Source: Hypanus sabinus
Lineage: Eukaryota
Assembly (NCBI RefSeq): GCF_030144855.1
Contig: NC_082706.1
Span: 104,904,001-104,968,000 of the forward strand
DNA length: 64,000 nucleotides
Reading direction: 5' to 3'
The notes beneath the pieces were generated by a model. That model did not search any database and was not told the origin of the DNA. It saw only the letters and a list, made by a program, of their open reading frames with translations. The translations under genes were made by a program, and so were the position numbers. This document shows, in pieces, positions 60,450 through 64,000 of this stretch; position 1 is the stretch's first letter, and every line of letters begins with the position of its first letter.

Positions 60450-61020
60450 CGTAAAAACAAGAAAGTAATGTTGAGACTTTATAAAGCACTGGTGAGGCCT
60501 TACTTGGAGTATTGTGAGCAGCTCTAAGAAAGGATGGGCTAACATTGGAGAGGGTTCAAAGGAGGTTCACAAAAATGATTCCAGGATTAAAAGGCTTGTC
60601 ATATGAAAAGCATTTGATGTCTCTGGGACTCTACTCACTGGAATTCAGAAACCTATTGAATGTTGAAAGGCCTCGATAGAATAGATGTGGAGGGGATGTT
60701 TCCAATGGTGGGAGAGTCTAAGATAAGAGGACACAGCCTCAGAATAGAGGGGCATCCTTGTAGAATGGAGCTTAGGAGGAGTTTCTTCAGCCAGCGAGTG
60801 GTGAATCTGTGGAATTCGTTGGAACAGGCAGTTGTGGAGGCCAAGTCATTGGGTATGTTTAAGATAGAGGTTGATAGATTCTTGACCTGTCAGGGCATGA
60901 AGACATGGGGAGAAGGTAGGAGATTGATGCTGAGAGGAAAAATGGATCAGCCATGATCAAATGACTGAGCAGACAATGGGCCAAATGGCCTAATTCAGCT
61001 CCCATATCTTTTGGTATGTC
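60450..61020 (+). mobile_element. CR1 3' fragment
   Basis: LYKALVRPYLEYC..LERVQRRFTKMIPG and RGHSL..R.ELRRSFFSQRVVNLWNSL. Confidence 0.9.
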
Positions 61021-62029
61021 TATACAGATCATTTTGTTATAACAGTACATTAGGTAGTGCAGGGGAAAAGCAATAAAAGCAGAATGAAGTGTTACAGTTA
61101 CATAGAAAGTGCAGTGCAGGCAGACAAGGTACAAAGCCATAGCAGGTAGATTCTGAGGTCGAGTCCATCTGATTCTACATTGGACTGTTCAATGTAACAG
61201 TGGAACAGAAGCTGTCCTTGAGCCTGGTGATACATGCTTGTTGGCTTTGTATCTTCTTGTCCAGGATTGGGTTGGATCTTTGATTATGTTGGTGCTTTAC
61301 TGAGGCAACTCCAACCATTCATCTTCAATCTCCATTTCCTCTCAGAGGGAGTTTATCCTGTCTGGGATGGTATCATCTTGATAATCACATTCCCTTGTAT
61401 CCAAGGCTTAGTGAACTCTGAGATATGCACTTTGACCTTGCTAGTTTTATACCCAACAGACACACACTGCTGGGTCACATCAAATCCTACCCATGGGCAT
61501 GTGGTTGTAACTATCTGTTCAATACTTCATGCTGAGTTTAACTGCTTCTCAGCATCTCCTTCCTCACACATGCTGTCTTGTATGATTTGTCCCTGTTTGT
61601 ATCTTAATATAAATTACAACCCATTTCAGTAGACATCTCCCACCAGGTTAAATCCCTACAAGGTACAGGAAGTATATTCAACCAATGTATCTCTGTTGTC
61701 TCTGTCTTTCTGCAGTTCTCTTTAACCAGAGTAGGAGAGGGTGCAGAGCCACAATCCACAGCCAGTCCTAAACCACAGAGCTGCAGGATCCTTACTCTCA
61801 TCAGTTTTCTCTGGGAGGATTTGCTGTGGCACACAATTTGGAGATTTGGGAACCAGCTAGTCAAAGCAAATCTGGAAATAGTGTGTTCTCCAAGCTGCAT
61901 CTCTGGAGGAAGAGCGAGTTAACATTCCAGTTTGATGCCAATTCATTGGAACCTTATAAAAGCTAACGATAGAACAAGTTTGTAAGATTGGGGGGGGGGG
62001 GGGGGATCAGAGGTATGCTCAGTATTTCC

Positions 62030-62350
62030 ATGGTGACATAGTGGCACAGCTGGTAGAGCAGCTACTCCACAGCTTCATCAACATGAGTTTAACCCTGACC
62101 TCCTATGCTGTTTGTGTGGAGTTCGCACATTCTCTCTGTAGATTTCCTCCAAGTATTTCAGTTTCCTTGCAGATCCTTCAGACAGTGCTAAACAAGATTA
62201 ATTGACAACTAGATTGTCTCTGGTGGCAGATAGAATCCGGGGGAGTTAGATGGGAATGTAAGGAGAATAAAATGGGATTAGTGTCCAGTTGGTGCTAGTG
62301 GATGTTTGATGGTCAGTACAGCCTCACAGTATTAAAGGAACTGTTCCAGT
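62030..62350 (+). mobile_element. Degenerate V-SINE
   Basis: TGGCACAGCTGG A-box-like start and a decayed V-core. Confidence 0.55.
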
Positions 62351-62486
62351 ACTCTATGGCTAATGTGCTTTGTTTCTGATTTAAAACATTTTCAGCATTT
62401 TTTAAAAATTTGTTTTGAAGTATCTGCATTAGTAATCCTTGAAGAAGCTGTTGTTCCGATTTCAATAATCTTCTTCCTTGTTACAG

Positions 62487-62565
62487 GCCCCTTCCAAATG
62501 ACGACTATGTTGTTGTAGTGAGTGTGGATGGGATTCCTATTGTTAACCAATGGAGATACTTTCAT
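62487..62565 (+). CDS. PKHD1L1: PKHD1L1 exon 4
   Basis: TTACAG|PLPNDDYVVVVSVDGIPIVNQWRYFH|GTGAGT; 79 nt; phase 2 to phase 0. Confidence 0.92.
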
Positions 62566-62684
62566 GTGAGTGAAAACATTTTTTACTCTCATGTACTACT
62601 TATAGCACATCAGCCAAGTGAAGGGGAAATTTGAAACAGAGAACTTAATCAGTAACAATGAATCCAAATTCATAACAATGAATC

Positions 62685-63320
62685 ATGCTTTGGGACTATT
62701 GGCTTTTGAAAGTCGATTGGTAGGGGTGTTCTGTGTGAGGGTAAGGAAATCACACTGCAGCTACTGTATATAAAACTTTAGTCTGACTGCACGTGGTCAG
62801 AGTGCGGTTCTGATTGCCCTACTATGGGAAGCTTGCAGAGACTGCGGAGGGGGTACAGAAGAGGTTTACCAGCATGCTGCCTGGATTAGAGGGGATGAGC
62901 TAAAAAGAAAGGTCGGACAAAACTGGGTTGTTCTCCCTAGAGTATCAAAGGCTGGGGGATGGAGGAGATCTAATAGAGTTTCTTCAAGTTATTCAAGGCA
63001 TAGCTAGGGTAGACATGTCAGAACATTTCCCGTAGGTTAGAAATGTCAAACACCAAAGGATGTAATTTTAAGGTTAGAAGGAAGAAACTTAAAGGCAGTC
63101 TGAGGACAAGATTTTTAAGCAGAGAGTAGTAGGTGCCTAGAATGGTTATGGAAACAAGGAGTTTAAGAGGCTTTTGGACAGACACATGAATGTGCAGGGG
63201 GTAGAGGGATATGGATTATATGCAGGAAGAGAACATTTAGTATAAATTGGTATCAGAATCAGCATAATCTTGTGGGCTGAGCGGCTTGTCCAGTGATGTA
63301 CTGTTTCCGTATGTTCTATG
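62685..63320 (+). mobile_element. CR1 3' fragment
   Basis: EGVQKRFTSMLPGL..LGLFSLE-like decayed RT C-terminus and 3' tail. Confidence 0.75.
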
Positions 63321-63577
63321 AAAAACATTTTCCCATCTTAGTGGAAGTAAACCTTCAGTGGTCAGACATTGGGCATCTTCTTGTGGAAGGAATAAGGGGC
63401 AGGGCTCTACCTTTGCTGCCTGGGCAGTGTTTTGAAAGGGGACTCATTTACCAGTAATAGGAACTAATCCTTCCCCATTGCATTCCAAGAAAGACTGGGT
63501 GTCAGAAGTAAAAGCAAAATCATTCATTCCAGCTGAAGTCCAACACCATTACTAATTTATGATGTTTTACTTCACAG

Positions 63578-63635
63578 GCACGCAGCTACCGCACGCCAAC
63601 CATTGAGGACATTTCACCAATGTCTGGATTTCCAG
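63578..63635 (+). CDS. PKHD1L1: PKHD1L1 exon 5; the gene continues beyond the window
   Basis: CACAG|ARSYRTPTIEDISPMSGFP|GTCTGT; 58 nt. Confidence 0.93.
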
Positions 63636-64000
63636 GTCTGTGCATTAACATATTCCTAGTTTCACAGCCAGTCAGATGGCAAAATCTTACCACAACAATA
63701 TCATGCATATTTTCCCATGGGAATGGCATTTAATCAGGACCAAGTTTGAACTAAAGAGAGAATGGCCACTAGCCTGTCCTTAAATACAGAAACTGATTAT
63801 CTCATTGGCTCATTGTTGAGGTTTAGCCAACTGGGAGATGACTATTGTCTTCCCTACCCTGAGATTCTTCTCACTTTTCCGGTTCCTTGTGCTTTTCATG
63901 AAAAATTGCCGCTCTGACATTGGAATCACGATGTCTTCAGTGCTCATTGTTAACATGAACAAACCCAATAGCAACTTCAGGAATCTGATCAGTCATAGTT

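Overview
Eukaryotic (vertebrate) genomic DNA, AT-rich and mostly repeat-derived. The repeat repertoire (V-SINE/HE1-like SINEs, CR1, Rex-Babar, Penelope-like elements, fish-type L1) suggests a cartilaginous fish, probably a ray; this is inference. The window holds the conserved NUDCD1 <- / -> ENY2 -> PKHD1L1 block: NUDCD1 coding exon 1 on the minus strand (no later exon found), the complete 96-aa ENY2 CDS in four exons, and the first five coding exons of PKHD1L1. The main accessory elements are: (i) a full-length, young L1 (4760-10899) with an 11-bp TSD, one ORF2 frameshift, a (GAAA)n tail and a structured ~950-bp inter-ORF spacer carrying YY1-like repeats, a G-quadruplex tract and a 12-nt complement to the element's own 5' end; (ii) an old endogenous retrovirus (40391-48276, minus strand) with paired LTRs, a 4-bp TSD, a tRNA-Ser PBS, foamy-like RT motifs, and a class-I-type integrase and env; (iii) a five-layer nested transposon stack (CR1 > ERV > Penelope terminal repeat > hAT > Tigger); (iv) Penelope terminal repeats with minimal hammerhead ribozyme motifs. 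Most short ORFs in the track are decayed transposon fragments or noise. Exon, TSD and motif coordinates were counted by hand. Boundaries of degenerate repeats are approximate, and homology calls rest on recalled motifs, not database searches.
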